A DNA stretch of 64,000 nucleotides, the filler included, from Nanobdellota archaeon (lineage in GTDB: Archaea; Nanobdellota; Nanobdellia; Woesearchaeales; CAZZGN01): NCBI GenBank assembly GCA_051819665.1. It is 5 parts of 5 records of this genome, joined end to end, with 100 filler letters (N's around TTAATTAATTAA, not from the genome) between each part and the next. Parts side by side here need not be neighbours in the genome. Positions count along the whole stretch, not along the records: positions 1 to 14,101 come from JBNJDG010000027.1; 4 more parts are not named here. The stretch is one strand, 5' to 3'. A program made the position numbers and the translations under genes. Below are positions 1 through 10,500 of the stretch, in pieces (positions within the stretch are counted from its first letter, which is position 1; each line of letters opens with the position of its first letter). The notes under the pieces were generated by a model. That model was not told where the DNA came from, ran no database searches, and was given only the letters and a program-made list of their open reading frames with translations.

Positions 1-1
1 C

Positions 2-1711
2 TATACGGCCCAGATAGACCTCTCTGTCTATGATGTTGCTGGAAATAATGATACTGTCTCTAAAGAGATCCCTGTGTATGGTGTGATGTCTGAGAATCCA
101 GATAATTTCAATGTGGTCTCGGACGAGGAAACTATACCGCAGAAGATTAACCGTATGACAGCTTCACTTCTCCCAAATCCACCCGGATATAAGGTAATGG
201 TACCTTTCAAGCTTACAGGAGGAGGGGAGAATATAGAAGTTCTCCAGTATGATATAAAGGATTGTCTCGTGGAAGGTGATGAGAGGGCTTATCAGCAATT
301 GTTCGAGGATCAGAAGAATCCTACTCCTGAACCTCTTCCTACGCTCGAGCCGGTAACGCAGGAGGAAGAGACAAACTATGCGGAGCTCACTCTGAGCAGG
401 TTCAGGCCCGAGTCCCTTAATAACATGAACTCTTTCAGGTTGAACTGTTCCATAGATATATATCAGAAGATAGATGATACTGTTTACGACACTCCCGAGG
501 AGGAGAACATATCTGTTAAGATGGGTTTTACCGATTCTGCACTCGGTAAAGAGCCCGGCGAGGAAGTTCTTGATAAGATAGAGAGGGAGAGGGATAAGAT
601 AGGGAGCTTCCATACTTTCATAGAGGATTCTAAGCAGTTGATGGACAAGCTAAAGCAGTGGTGTAATATAGCTACGCAGGTTGTCAGCGTATGGAACGTC
701 TTTGCCACTATAGAAGGCATTGGAATTGCTATTGAGAGCCAAACTGTTTATGATATTGGTTGTTATCCTTATGAATTCCTTGGAAAGAACGTTATCTCCT
801 GGCTTTATTATGGTAATTCGATGATGGATGACAGTCAGTTTGATCCAGGTCGTTGTGGAGCGAAGATGGATGCAGGAATTCAGGGCATGGGCAGTAGTGA
901 AGAGAAATTAGGAGATGAAGCGGTCAGTATTGATGAACAACCTGATAAAGTCTCAGGAGCCCTTAACCAATGGGGCAAGGATGATGGTTTCTGGCCCGGC
1001 TTAAGGAATATTTGCGGTTTTGTCAGCTGTGAATACACGACAGAACTTGCTGATGATATCCAAAGGTATACAGGTGGAGATGTAGGTGCAGGATCTGATG
1101 AGGAATATTTAAGTATAGAAAATGCCTCTGAGATGGGCGGTGTGAATATAGGTCCAGTAAGAGCTGAGCCGCAGAATAGCCTTATCATGAGTATAGCGGG
1201 TCTATGTCTGCCGGGGATAATCACCAATCTCAATAAGTACATGAGCATACAGTGCAGGTATGTGAAGTGTCTGAAGGACCTTTCCCTGCAGGGTGCACCG
1301 ACTTATATATGCGATTCGAAGAAATCCCAGTCCAAATGTCTCTTCTTCTTCAATGAAGTTGGTGAGACATTCGGTATACTTAAACTGGCAAAGAATATAG
1401 GTGAGGATATAGGGAATATAGGTGCTAATCTTGCTCCTAATACACTTAAATTGGTGGTTGATAAGGCTATATGCAGCCAGCCTGATAAAAAGGTTTCTAA
1501 AGCTGTAAAGGTCTTTGCATGTGACGTACCGAGAGCTATTTTTAATACGATAGATAGCTGGAAAAGGTTCAAGGCCATAGGCAGGTATGCGGAGGAAGAG
1601 ACCTGGCAGGTCAGTGATAGCGGGAAAGGGATCTGCGAGCAGGTATTGAGTGATGATTTCCTTAACTCGACTGAGGAGAACACTACGGAGGAGAATAATG
1701 AGACTGAGTAG
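2..1711 (+). CDS. Large Cys-rich surface protein, 5' end outside the window; paralogous domain to 7578-12401
   Basis: Frame is open from base 2 (YTAQIDLSVYDVAGNNDTV, an Ig-like DxAGN motif). Block SLIMSIAGLCLPGIITNLNKY..CRYVKCLK resembles GFFSSIQCGCLPAMEKYLRNY..SQCFK in the 1607-aa protein. Confidence 0.75.
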   Translation, partial: YTAQIDLSVYDVAGNNDTVSKEIPVYGVMSENPDNFNVVSDEETIPQKINRMTASLLPNPPGYKVMVPFKLTGGGENIEVLQYDIKDCLVEGDERAYQQLFEDQKNPTPEPLPTLEPVTQEEETNYAELTLSRFRPESLNNMNSFRLNCSIDIYQKIDDTVYDTPEEENISVKMGFTDSALGKEPGEEVLDKIERERDKIGSFHTFIEDSKQLMDKLKQWCNIATQVVSVWNVFATIEGIGIAIESQTVYDIGCYPYEFLGKNVISWLYYGNSMMDDSQFDPGRCGAKMDAGIQGMGSSEEKLGDEAVSIDEQPDKVSGALNQWGKDDGFWPGLRNICGFVSCEYTTELADDIQRYTGGDVGAGSDEEYLSIENASEMGGVNIGPVRAEPQNSLIMSIAGLCLPGIITNLNKYMSIQCRYVKCLKDLSLQGAPTYICDSKKSQSKCLFFFNEVGETFGILKLAKNIGEDIGNIGANLAPNTLKLVVDKAICSQPDKKVSKAVKVFACDVPRAIFNTIDSWKRFKAIGRYAEEETWQVSDSGKGICEQVLSDDFLNSTEENTTEENNETE

Positions 1712-3593
1712 GCTTTTGATTTTTGGGCTTGTAATGGTGTTATTTGTTGGTTTTGTGAGTGGGCAGCAGGAACAGGATGTATATTCAACACATAAAGGGC
1801 ATCCTTTGTGTAATGTTTTAGATGTTGGGACGGATGCTGATACAGAATGCTGGTATAATGGGGAACCTACTACCTTGAGGGATTATGCTATATCTGATTG
1901 TAATAATGAAATTTTTAAAGAGGATAGGCATTGTATATGTGGTGACAAGTTAAGAAAAACGGGAGAAAAAGTGTATTGTTATGAAGGGCGTTATCATTAT
2001 AAATGCGAATATGTTAAGAATCCTGATTATGAATGTTATTGCTCAGAGGCAGATGAATTAATTAAGAAAAAAGCCTGTGATGGTTCTGAAGAAGAGGATA
2101 AAGAAAAAAATGATGAAGAGAAAGAGGAAGAAGATGATTCTACTGGTGGGACACAGAGAGAATCAAACTGTACGGATGAGCATTCAGGTTGGGATTGTCA
2201 ATGTGATATGGATGATGTTGATTCAGATGATTGTGAAGACGGATGTGAAACCGGTCTATGCTGGGGATCAGACAGTGACATGTACTGTTGCTCTGATAAG
2301 TTTAAGGAAAAGAATGTAGATAGCGGAGAGAAGGACAAAGATAAAAAACAGAAAAAAGATGAAAAAGAAGTTCCTAATTGTGAATATAACGAAAAAATAG
2401 AAGAAGAATGCAATTGTGACGGCGAACCGATAAGAGAAGGTAAGGTTTGCTGTGAGCATAGTAAAAGTGATGAAGGAGATCCTGTCGTTAAAACAAAAGT
2501 AGATAAATGTCCTGTGAAGCCTTGTGACAGTGATTGTGGATATGATGAGGAGTGTAAATGCCCGTCTGAATGTGAAAATGCTGATAAGAAAATAGGCAAA
2601 GATGGCGGCACTTGTGGCGGTAAAGATCCGGATCAGCTTTGCGAAGTCAAAAGCGGAGAATGTATGTCTGAGAAGCAATGTCAGAATTATCAGGATCCTG
2701 AAAAAGATAGTTATGAGACAGTTAGTGATAATTCCGGAAGAAAGGGGGCTTTTGACTGTAACAAAGACGAGGTCTGTTGTGAGCTGGAAGGTGATGATGA
2801 ACCAAATCCACTAAGAAGGTGTGATGAGAAGTGTGCGGATCCTGATGGCTGTAATTGTTATGATCACTGTTTTTCTAATAATGAATCTGATATTGATGGT
2901 TATGAGGATATTGATTCTCCCGGGGATTCTGATATCCCTCCTGGTTATACATGCAGAGGAAGGTATTATGGGAACTCAGGCTCATTCAGCCGATGTTCCG
3001 GAGCCGATACAAAGGACGGAAGATGTCCTCCAGGGTGTTTCTGGTTCAATGACAGGGATTGTGGAAGGGATGCCAATCTGGGGGATGCTCTCTGGACACT
3101 GGCGGAGAAAGCTGGCTGGTTAAGTGATTACAACAAGAAATGGAGGAAGTGGTGGAGAGATCTCGGTGCCACTTTCGATATAACCTACTGGGCACAGTCA
3201 TGGTGTAATCCCACAAACAGAGGATTCACTGATGATAAGAATAAGCATGATACAATCATAGGCACAACGAACATGGTCGGCTGGCTAGGTGGGGAGAAGG
3301 AAGTCTATAATTCCACAAAATATATTTATACGATAAACTGGTATCTATCAGGCCTGAATGAGAATAACAAGTACAGGATAAGCCTCAGTGGCGAGGATAC
3401 TTATTCCACGGACTGGATGAACATCTCTGCAGGGGAGACTCAACAGGGAGAAGAAGCTTCTCTTGTCAAGATAAATCATACTGAATTCGATAAAGTATGC
3501 CTTAAGTTCAAGGATGAGGTACATTACACCTCCGAGAGCAAGATATATAAGAATAAAGGTAAGGTAGAAGAGGTGTGTAGAGGTTTAGCATGA
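1698..3593 (+). CDS. Secreted, very Cys-rich acidic surface protein
   Basis: ATG at 1698 follows GGAGGAG; Sec-type signal MRLSRLLIFGLVMVLFVGFVSG; many CxC/CC modules; Cys-poor beta-rich C-terminal domain. Confidence 0.8.
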   Translation: MRLSRLLIFGLVMVLFVGFVSGQQEQDVYSTHKGHPLCNVLDVGTDADTECWYNGEPTTLRDYAISDCNNEIFKEDRHCICGDKLRKTGEKVYCYEGRYHYKCEYVKNPDYECYCSEADELIKKKACDGSEEEDKEKNDEEKEEEDDSTGGTQRESNCTDEHSGWDCQCDMDDVDSDDCEDGCETGLCWGSDSDMYCCSDKFKEKNVDSGEKDKDKKQKKDEKEVPNCEYNEKIEEECNCDGEPIREGKVCCEHSKSDEGDPVVKTKVDKCPVKPCDSDCGYDEECKCPSECENADKKIGKDGGTCGGKDPDQLCEVKSGECMSEKQCQNYQDPEKDSYETVSDNSGRKGAFDCNKDEVCCELEGDDEPNPLRRCDEKCADPDGCNCYDHCFSNNESDIDGYEDIDSPGDSDIPPGYTCRGRYYGNSGSFSRCSGADTKDGRCPPGCFWFNDRDCGRDANLGDALWTLAEKAGWLSDYNKKWRKWWRDLGATFDITYWAQSWCNPTNRGFTDDKNKHDTIIGTTNMVGWLGGEKEVYNSTKYIYTINWYLSGLNENNKYRISLSGEDTYSTDWMNISAGETQQGEEASLVKINHTEFDKVCLKFKDEVHYTSESKIYKNKGKVEEVCRGLA

Positions 3594-5743
3594 AAAAAAG
3601 AGGTGGGATAAGTCTTTATATAATATTGGGTGTAGCTCTGCTTATGATAGCTGTAGTTCTGACCTTCCCGGATAAGAGCAAATATGATTTTTCAAAAGAC
3701 CTTGCACCAGAAACGAATCATCCGGTAGTGTCTTATGTGGACCAGTGTATAAAGGATACTACAGTGGAGGGCATAAAGGAGATCGGCGCTCATGGTGGTT
3801 ACCTCCAGCCTTCAGATGGTTTGAGGATGGGAAGTACTCTGATTCCTTATTGGTATTATTTCGAGGACGGAGCTTTCGGTTCTGACAGGCCGCCTCTATG
3901 CCAGCTTGGCAGAGGATGTGAAAGCGAGGGATCTGGTTCTGTAGAGGAACAGCTGAACCTTTACCTTCAGGAGAACCTTGATAGTTGTATTAACGATTTC
4001 GAGAGCTTTGAGGATCAGTATGTGGTAGAGGACGAGGATTATAATACGAAGGTTATGGTCAGGGATGGAGATGTAAGGGTTAATGTCGCTTATCCAATGG
4101 AGATTGTCTCCAAGGAGCATAATACGGTAAAGAGCATGAAGAATTTCAATGTGAAAGTGCCCGTAAATCTTAAGGAAGTATATGAGCTTGCCTCTAAGAT
4201 AGTGAAGGCTGAAAGTGAGGGTCAGTTCATAGAGGAGCATGTGATGAACCTAATCTCCATATATTCGAAGAGGGACCCTGAGTCTCTTCCCCCGAGGGCA
4301 GATCTTAGTATAGGAGGTCATCCTGATACTTACTGGATGAAGCCAAGGATAAGGTCATTGCTCAAGAACGAGATTCTCGGAATGGTGAGGCTCCTTCAGG
4401 TAGTGAACACGGAAGGTTTCAATCCTATCTATGAGCTCGACAGGTCCACGAAAGACCAGATAAGACAGGGCATATATAATGCGATGAGCATACAGCTGGG
4501 CGAGAAGTTCTATAAGGATACCAAGGTGGATTTCTTCTATCCCGGCAAGAGGATAGAACTCGGAGGTCCCCAGGTTGTCTATCCGGAGGACAGGCTGCCG
4601 ATAAGCAATTTCCTTACGCAGATGATGAGATTTACAGTCTATGATTATTCTTATGATTATGATCTTACTTTCCCGACTGTTGTAACGATAAAAAGGGATG
4701 TCGGCGGGGAGGAGATCAATTTCAGGTTCGCGGTGGAAGGGAATATAGTCAACAGCAATCCGCTGGATTCTGATTTCGATCTCGATAACCTGACAAAGCC
4801 TGTATCTTTACCAATGTTCGACTCTCCTGCACAGAGGGTGAATGATTCGATAGAGGTGGAAGCGAAAGATGCTGTCTCAGGTGAACAGGTAAATGCTAAT
4901 GTTTTCTATGAATGTGGGCAGAGAACTCATGTAGGCAGGACGCCTCTTGATGAGGATTTCCCGTATTGTATGTTCGGTGGTAAGTTGATAATAGAGAAGA
5001 AGGATTACCTGACCGAGGTGATAAATTATTCCAATGAGGGGCAGGAGGACAGTTTCTCTGTTGAGATGTACCCTCTGAAGGAACTTGACCTTGAGATGAG
5101 GAAGATAGGTGATTATGATGAGATGGTCAGGGAATACAATCCGATAGAGGACACTTATTATGAATATTCCTCTTCACTTAATGATTCTGAGAAGGTGATA
5201 TTCAGCATAAGGAGGATAAAAGAGGATGAGGCGGAGAACAATGTGCCAATGATGGGCTTTTATGATTTCAGTTCAGGTGAGAAGGATTATAATGAGATGA
5301 TGAAGGACCAGCTCGAGAAGCAGTATGAAAGAGGGGTAATCGACGAACAGCAGAAGGATACTGCTGAGGTTGATGCCTCTGATATCGAGACGGATGTGCC
5401 GGACAGGGGAACGGTAAAACTGGTGCCGGGCAAATACAAAGTGGATGTCTATTTCCTCTATGAGGAGAACCTTACGATACCCAGGATGGAGGATACTAAA
5501 TGCCCTTGCTCTGAAGTGCTGGGTGAGTGTGTATGTGATGAAGAGGATATTGTATATCCGGAGACGAATTTTACAGTATTCCCCAAGTCCCAGGCGAGGT
5601 TCAATGTGACGATAGGGGAAAACATTTATGAAAATGAGGAGGCAGTGTTCTTCGTACATGATAAACCAATACCCAGGGACTGGAACGAGCTGATGGATTT
5701 CAATTTCAACAATACGGAGACTTTCGAACCAGTGATAAGATGA
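3590..5743 (+). CDS. Large protein with class III (prepilin-like) signal peptide, paralogue A
   Basis: MKKRG/GISLYIILG plus TM segment; shares YVDQCIKDT..G.HGGY..IPYWYY..DSC and YDLTFP motifs with the next gene; ATGA overlap. Confidence 0.75.
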   Translation: MKKRGGISLYIILGVALLMIAVVLTFPDKSKYDFSKDLAPETNHPVVSYVDQCIKDTTVEGIKEIGAHGGYLQPSDGLRMGSTLIPYWYYFEDGAFGSDRPPLCQLGRGCESEGSGSVEEQLNLYLQENLDSCINDFESFEDQYVVEDEDYNTKVMVRDGDVRVNVAYPMEIVSKEHNTVKSMKNFNVKVPVNLKEVYELASKIVKAESEGQFIEEHVMNLISIYSKRDPESLPPRADLSIGGHPDTYWMKPRIRSLLKNEILGMVRLLQVVNTEGFNPIYELDRSTKDQIRQGIYNAMSIQLGEKFYKDTKVDFFYPGKRIELGGPQVVYPEDRLPISNFLTQMMRFTVYDYSYDYDLTFPTVVTIKRDVGGEEINFRFAVEGNIVNSNPLDSDFDLDNLTKPVSLPMFDSPAQRVNDSIEVEAKDAVSGEQVNANVFYECGQRTHVGRTPLDEDFPYCMFGGKLIIEKKDYLTEVINYSNEGQEDSFSVEMYPLKELDLEMRKIGDYDEMVREYNPIEDTYYEYSSSLNDSEKVIFSIRRIKEDEAENNVPMMGFYDFSSGEKDYNEMMKDQLEKQYERGVIDEQQKDTAEVDASDIETDVPDRGTVKLVPGKYKVDVYFLYEENLTIPRMEDTKCPCSEVLGECVCDEEDIVYPETNFTVFPKSQARFNVTIGENIYENEEAVFFVHDKPIPRDWNELMDFNFNNTETFEPVIR

Positions 5744-7581
5744 AAAAGGCGCAGGTAACGAACTTTTTGGTAATGGGAGCTATCATAATAATAATGGTGG
5801 CTGTATTCCTCTTTCTAAGACATGAGGTCCTTAAGGAAGTCGAACCTGATGATGTTGTGAGCGGGCAGTACAGTGATGTGGAGGGTTATGTTGAGCAGTG
5901 CGTCAAGGATACGGCTCTCGAGGGGGTGAGGATGCTCGGCTCTCAGGGAGGTTATATCTATATACCTGATACGATAGAAAGCAATCCTTTCTCATATATG
6001 AAACCATTAGGCGGAGGGATGTTCAAGGTCCCTTACTGGTATTACAGGGGAAAGAACAGGATACCAAGAAGGTATGAGATGGAGAGGGATATCCAGGAGT
6101 ATGTCAAGGCCAATGTTGATTCCTGTCTCTCTGAATTCAGGCCTCTCAACAAGACATATGATGTGAAAGCTGAAGAGATGAATGTCAAGGCCACCATAGC
6201 CGAGGATAACGTGATCGTGGATCTTTTCTATCCTCTGCATGTTGAGAGGAAGGACAAGCAGGAGGCTGCGGACATGGAGGATTTTCGTGTGAAACTTGAT
6301 ATACCTCTGAAGGAGATCTATGATAATGCGAGGAAGATACTATATGAGGAGAACGAGCAGGTCTTCCTGGAGAACAATACGATAGACCTCATGGCAGCAG
6401 ATCCTGATATCCCTATAACAGGGATGGAGATCTCATGTCAGAGGAACGAATGGAAGCTCTCTGAGGTAAGGGAGAGGATAAATAATATTCTGGCTTATAA
6501 TTATCCTGATATGAAGGTAGAGAATACGGATTTTGAACCTTTCGACGAGGAGGAGACTTACCAGAAGAACCATTTCATCTTTGATGCCGGGCTTGAGGAG
6601 ACCGATATGAAGGTGTCCTTCAAGTATAGGCCTTCATGGGGTCTCGATCTCTCTGCAGAGCCTATACAGGGCAATAGGCTCGTCAGTGATAAGGGGAAAG
6701 GTCTGAAGGATTATATATCTTCTTTCTGCCTTAATGTATACCATTTCACCTATGACCTGACTTATCCGGTCATGGTGACATTGAAACATGATGATTATGT
6801 CTTCAATTTTGCTACGCCGGTTATCATAAAGAGCAATGAGGCTTCAAGGCAGGATTTTGGTGAGACACCTTACAGGGCTCCTCCTAAAGGGGATGATGTA
6901 TGTTCACAGCTTACTGATGAGATATACACTATAAAGGCTGCTGATAAAAGGACAGGTTTTGAGATAGAGAACGCCAACATATCCTTCGAATGTATAAACA
7001 CGGAATGCCCTCTCGGAGAGACGCGTTTCGAGAACAGTGCTTACCAGCTGGCCACAAAATTACCCAGACATTGTACAGGAGGTTATGTTGTAGCTGATCA
7101 TGGGGATTATAAGGAGACAAGAAAGCATATTTCCCTCGATTCCGCTAATGAGGATATTACGTTAGATATGAGACAGCTTAAGGAACTTGAAGTAGATGTG
7201 GCCAGGCATACCTCTTCCAATCCTGTGCTTGAGAAGAATCTCGAAGAGGACCAGAAAGTCCTTATCTCGATGGAGAACGAGGATCATAACGTCTTTGAGA
7301 GATATACTTCTCCTGATGATAATATAACCCTTGATGTACTTAATGATGATGTGACTTATGATGTCGAGGCGCTCCTGATGGAGAAAGACAGTCTTGTAGG
7401 AGGATTTAAATATGAGTGGAATGTAAGTTATAATGAACTGGCGGATGCGGATAAGCTAAAGCTTCATGTCTTTGAGCATACGCCTAAACCCACTACACTT
7501 AAGGAAGAAAGGGATGTTATGGTTAACCTTAATAATGGTACAGAGGAAGAATACCTTGAGCCGGAGCTGGTGATAGAATGA
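5740..7581 (+). CDS. Large protein with class III (prepilin-like) signal peptide, paralogue B
   Basis: MKKA/QVTNFLVMG plus TM segment; YVEQCVKDT..GSQGGY..VPYWYY..DSC and YDLTYP motifs; ATGA overlap. Confidence 0.8.
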   Translation: MKKAQVTNFLVMGAIIIIMVAVFLFLRHEVLKEVEPDDVVSGQYSDVEGYVEQCVKDTALEGVRMLGSQGGYIYIPDTIESNPFSYMKPLGGGMFKVPYWYYRGKNRIPRRYEMERDIQEYVKANVDSCLSEFRPLNKTYDVKAEEMNVKATIAEDNVIVDLFYPLHVERKDKQEAADMEDFRVKLDIPLKEIYDNARKILYEENEQVFLENNTIDLMAADPDIPITGMEISCQRNEWKLSEVRERINNILAYNYPDMKVENTDFEPFDEEETYQKNHFIFDAGLEETDMKVSFKYRPSWGLDLSAEPIQGNRLVSDKGKGLKDYISSFCLNVYHFTYDLTYPVMVTLKHDDYVFNFATPVIIKSNEASRQDFGETPYRAPPKGDDVCSQLTDEIYTIKAADKRTGFEIENANISFECINTECPLGETRFENSAYQLATKLPRHCTGGYVVADHGDYKETRKHISLDSANEDITLDMRQLKELEVDVARHTSSNPVLEKNLEEDQKVLISMENEDHNVFERYTSPDDNITLDVLNDDVTYDVEALLMEKDSLVGGFKYEWNVSYNELADADKLKLHVFEHTPKPTTLKEERDVMVNLNNGTEEEYLEPELVIE

Positions 7582-10500
7582 AGAGGATCATGTTCCTTGT
7601 CATATTTTTACTGCTTCCCGGGTTGGCCTCCGCCACGGTTGAGATAGACGGTAATGAGGTCTCTTTCACATGGGAGACTGAGAATGCCACTGACGGCGAG
7701 GTGATGTACGGTACTGAAGATCTTTCCTATTCAAAGACAGGAGAGGCTGATGTAAAGTCTCATAGCATAACCATAGGCAATCTTGAGTATAATACTGAAT
7801 ATTATTATAAACTGAAGAACTGTAATGCCACCGATTGTACGAAGTCTGAGATGGAGTCTTTCACTACTGGTCAGGTTCCGGCTGCGGATGAAGATATGTT
7901 CTTAGAAGTGTATCACGAAGGTCAGGATGTTCCTGTCCTTTATAATGATGATGAGATCACCCTGAAAGTAAGTTCTCTTCCGGGTGCTGATGTGTTCGTG
8001 AGGGTGAACGGCGAGCTTAAGAGAAGAGCGATCCTCGGAGACAGCGGGAATTTCACCTTTGAGTCGATATCCGGTTTCTCGAAGGGCAGGAATGAGATAA
8101 ACATAACCGCTGATTATGAGGGAGAGGTTAAGAGACTGGATCAGGTGATTGAGGTAGATATGACACCTCCTGAAGTGGAGATATCGGAGATACCTTCTAT
8201 GATGACAGAAAGTTCCCTTCTTATCAAGGGGAATGTGAGCGAGAATGTTTCTGTGGATATAAGGGTGGATAGCGAGAGTGTGAATGGTCTACAAACAGAT
8301 GATAATTTTTCACAGGAAGTGAATTTTGCTGATGGGGAGAGGAACTTAGAGCTTGTTTTCACAGATAAGGCTGGTAACGAGGTGAAGGAAGAGTATGATA
8401 TTTCAGTCTATACAGGGAAGGTGAAGCTTGACCTTGATGAATCCATAGATAGTCTGAGCCCTGCCTATGTTGATAAGGTCAGGATAAAGGGTAAGACCGA
8501 GCCGGGTGCCAAGGTTGTAGTTTATGTGAATGGCGAGACACTTGCAAGGAAATCCTGGCAGTTGAGCCTCTCTTCTCTGATTAAGCAGTTCGGGACCTTG
8601 GTGAAGGATAAGGATAAGGAGATGATCACCAGGGCTGATGAGGACGGCAATTTTGTCGTGGATGCCCACCTCTCCCAGGATATAGAGTATGAGGATTACG
8701 AAGGCCAGAGGTATACGAACATAGAAGAGGATGATACGAGGACGAGGGAGTTCACTACAGTGCCTGCCTGGAAGAATAATATAAAGGTAGTATCTATAGG
8801 CCATGGTAACAGGACTTCTGATCCCGTGGAAGGGGAGGTTAAGTTAACAACATGTGATTATGGTGGTGACTGGAATTTCAATGTGATTGGCAGTATTTCC
8901 CCGAATATTCTCAATCCTGATCTTATTAAGGAAGGCATGGCCTCTCTGGGCATAAATTATGAGCTCGAATGGCAGGGTCTTGGGGAAGAGGAGGATGCGA
9001 AGATTATAGGAAGTAAGCCTGAGATAAGGGTGCCTTCAGAGAGGATAAGGCAGTCCTTCTCCGATGATGATAAGGATTATAGGATTGGTGAGAGACTTGT
9101 GGATTCGAGCGGGATCCTCCATCAGTTCTCCAGGGATGCTCTTGCGGGTTCGATAAAGGTGAATCTCGGGAATAATCCTAAGGATCTTTCTGAATATGAT
9201 AATGTCAAGTTCGTGCTTAAGATGGAGATCGATTATGAGTATAGCCGTTTCGGTGAGACGAGGACCGGACGGCAGATAAAATGTATCCCTGTGTCTGTTC
9301 CTATAGATAAGAAACTGGAGGATGAATGGAAGCCGAAGAGTCTTCTGAAAAGCGGGATCAAGCTGATGGACTGGGTCAAGAATGTTACGAAAGAGTCAGC
9401 TGATGTTGTTCAGGATGTGAAGAAAGTGGCTTTCTATACAGCTATTGGGACGAATGTTGCGCATTTCATCGCTAAAGCCAAGGAGAAGATATCATGTATG
9501 GGCTATAAAGGAGTGGGCAAGTATTCGTTCATCCCCCATAAGAGTAAGGAAGAAGGTGATGGCAATGCACTTGTCGAGCCGGGCAGCAATAAATGTACCA
9601 CACATGATGAGAAGGATAAGGATTGTTCGGGATGTTGGGAGGCCATAAAGAGCACTGAGAAGATGGAGAAGATAAACCGGTGGGCTTCCGACAGGATATT
9701 CTGTCCGGCAGTACCGTCAGTATTCGAGTTCGCGAGGAGATCGCAGAGTGACCCCTATTATTATTACGAGGTTGATGGTGAGAAGGAGATAAGGGCAGAA
9801 CCGGGCTGCCCGGGTAATGAGAGCGAGATATCTAAGGATGATGAGGAATGTGAGAGTCATTATCTTGAGGAATGGAGATCAGGCTGTACGCTTGTGGGTG
9901 ACCTGTACAGTTATTCTTTCAGGGAGAAGAACATGAGTTTCTTTGAGAATCTAGTGGATACTGTTGAAGGGGTCTGCCAGGAGAATGAGTATTCCCAGGA
10001 GATAATCCATAAAAAGGATGATTGTTGTAAGGAACATTCTTTCACGGAAGATACGGAGACACGAGGTAATGACTGCTTCTATGTACTCAATCCTGAAGGT
10101 CTTCCTAAAGGGATTTATGAGGCGAGGTTTAATCAGGAGACTATGTGCAAGACTAAACCTGATGATCCCGATAGCTGTGTGAAGGATGATGAGGGTAATT
10201 ATGTGATAGATCCTGCAAAGTCTTATTCTTCCATAGAGATAATGGGCAAGAATTCGGGTAATGCGCGTGAACATATGGTATTCAATCCGGCTAATTATAC
10301 TGATGATGGTTCGGATCATCATAACAGTGTTAAGGAGGAGATGAAGGACAGATGCCTCACTCACTATACAGTCGGCGAGGAGAACAAGAATGTCATTGAC
10401 CCGACAGGCGGTTTTTTCAGCAGTATCCAGTGCGGTTGTCTGCCGGCTATGGAAAAGTACCTCAGGAATTACCAGAAGGTTGCGGGGATGACCTCTCAGT

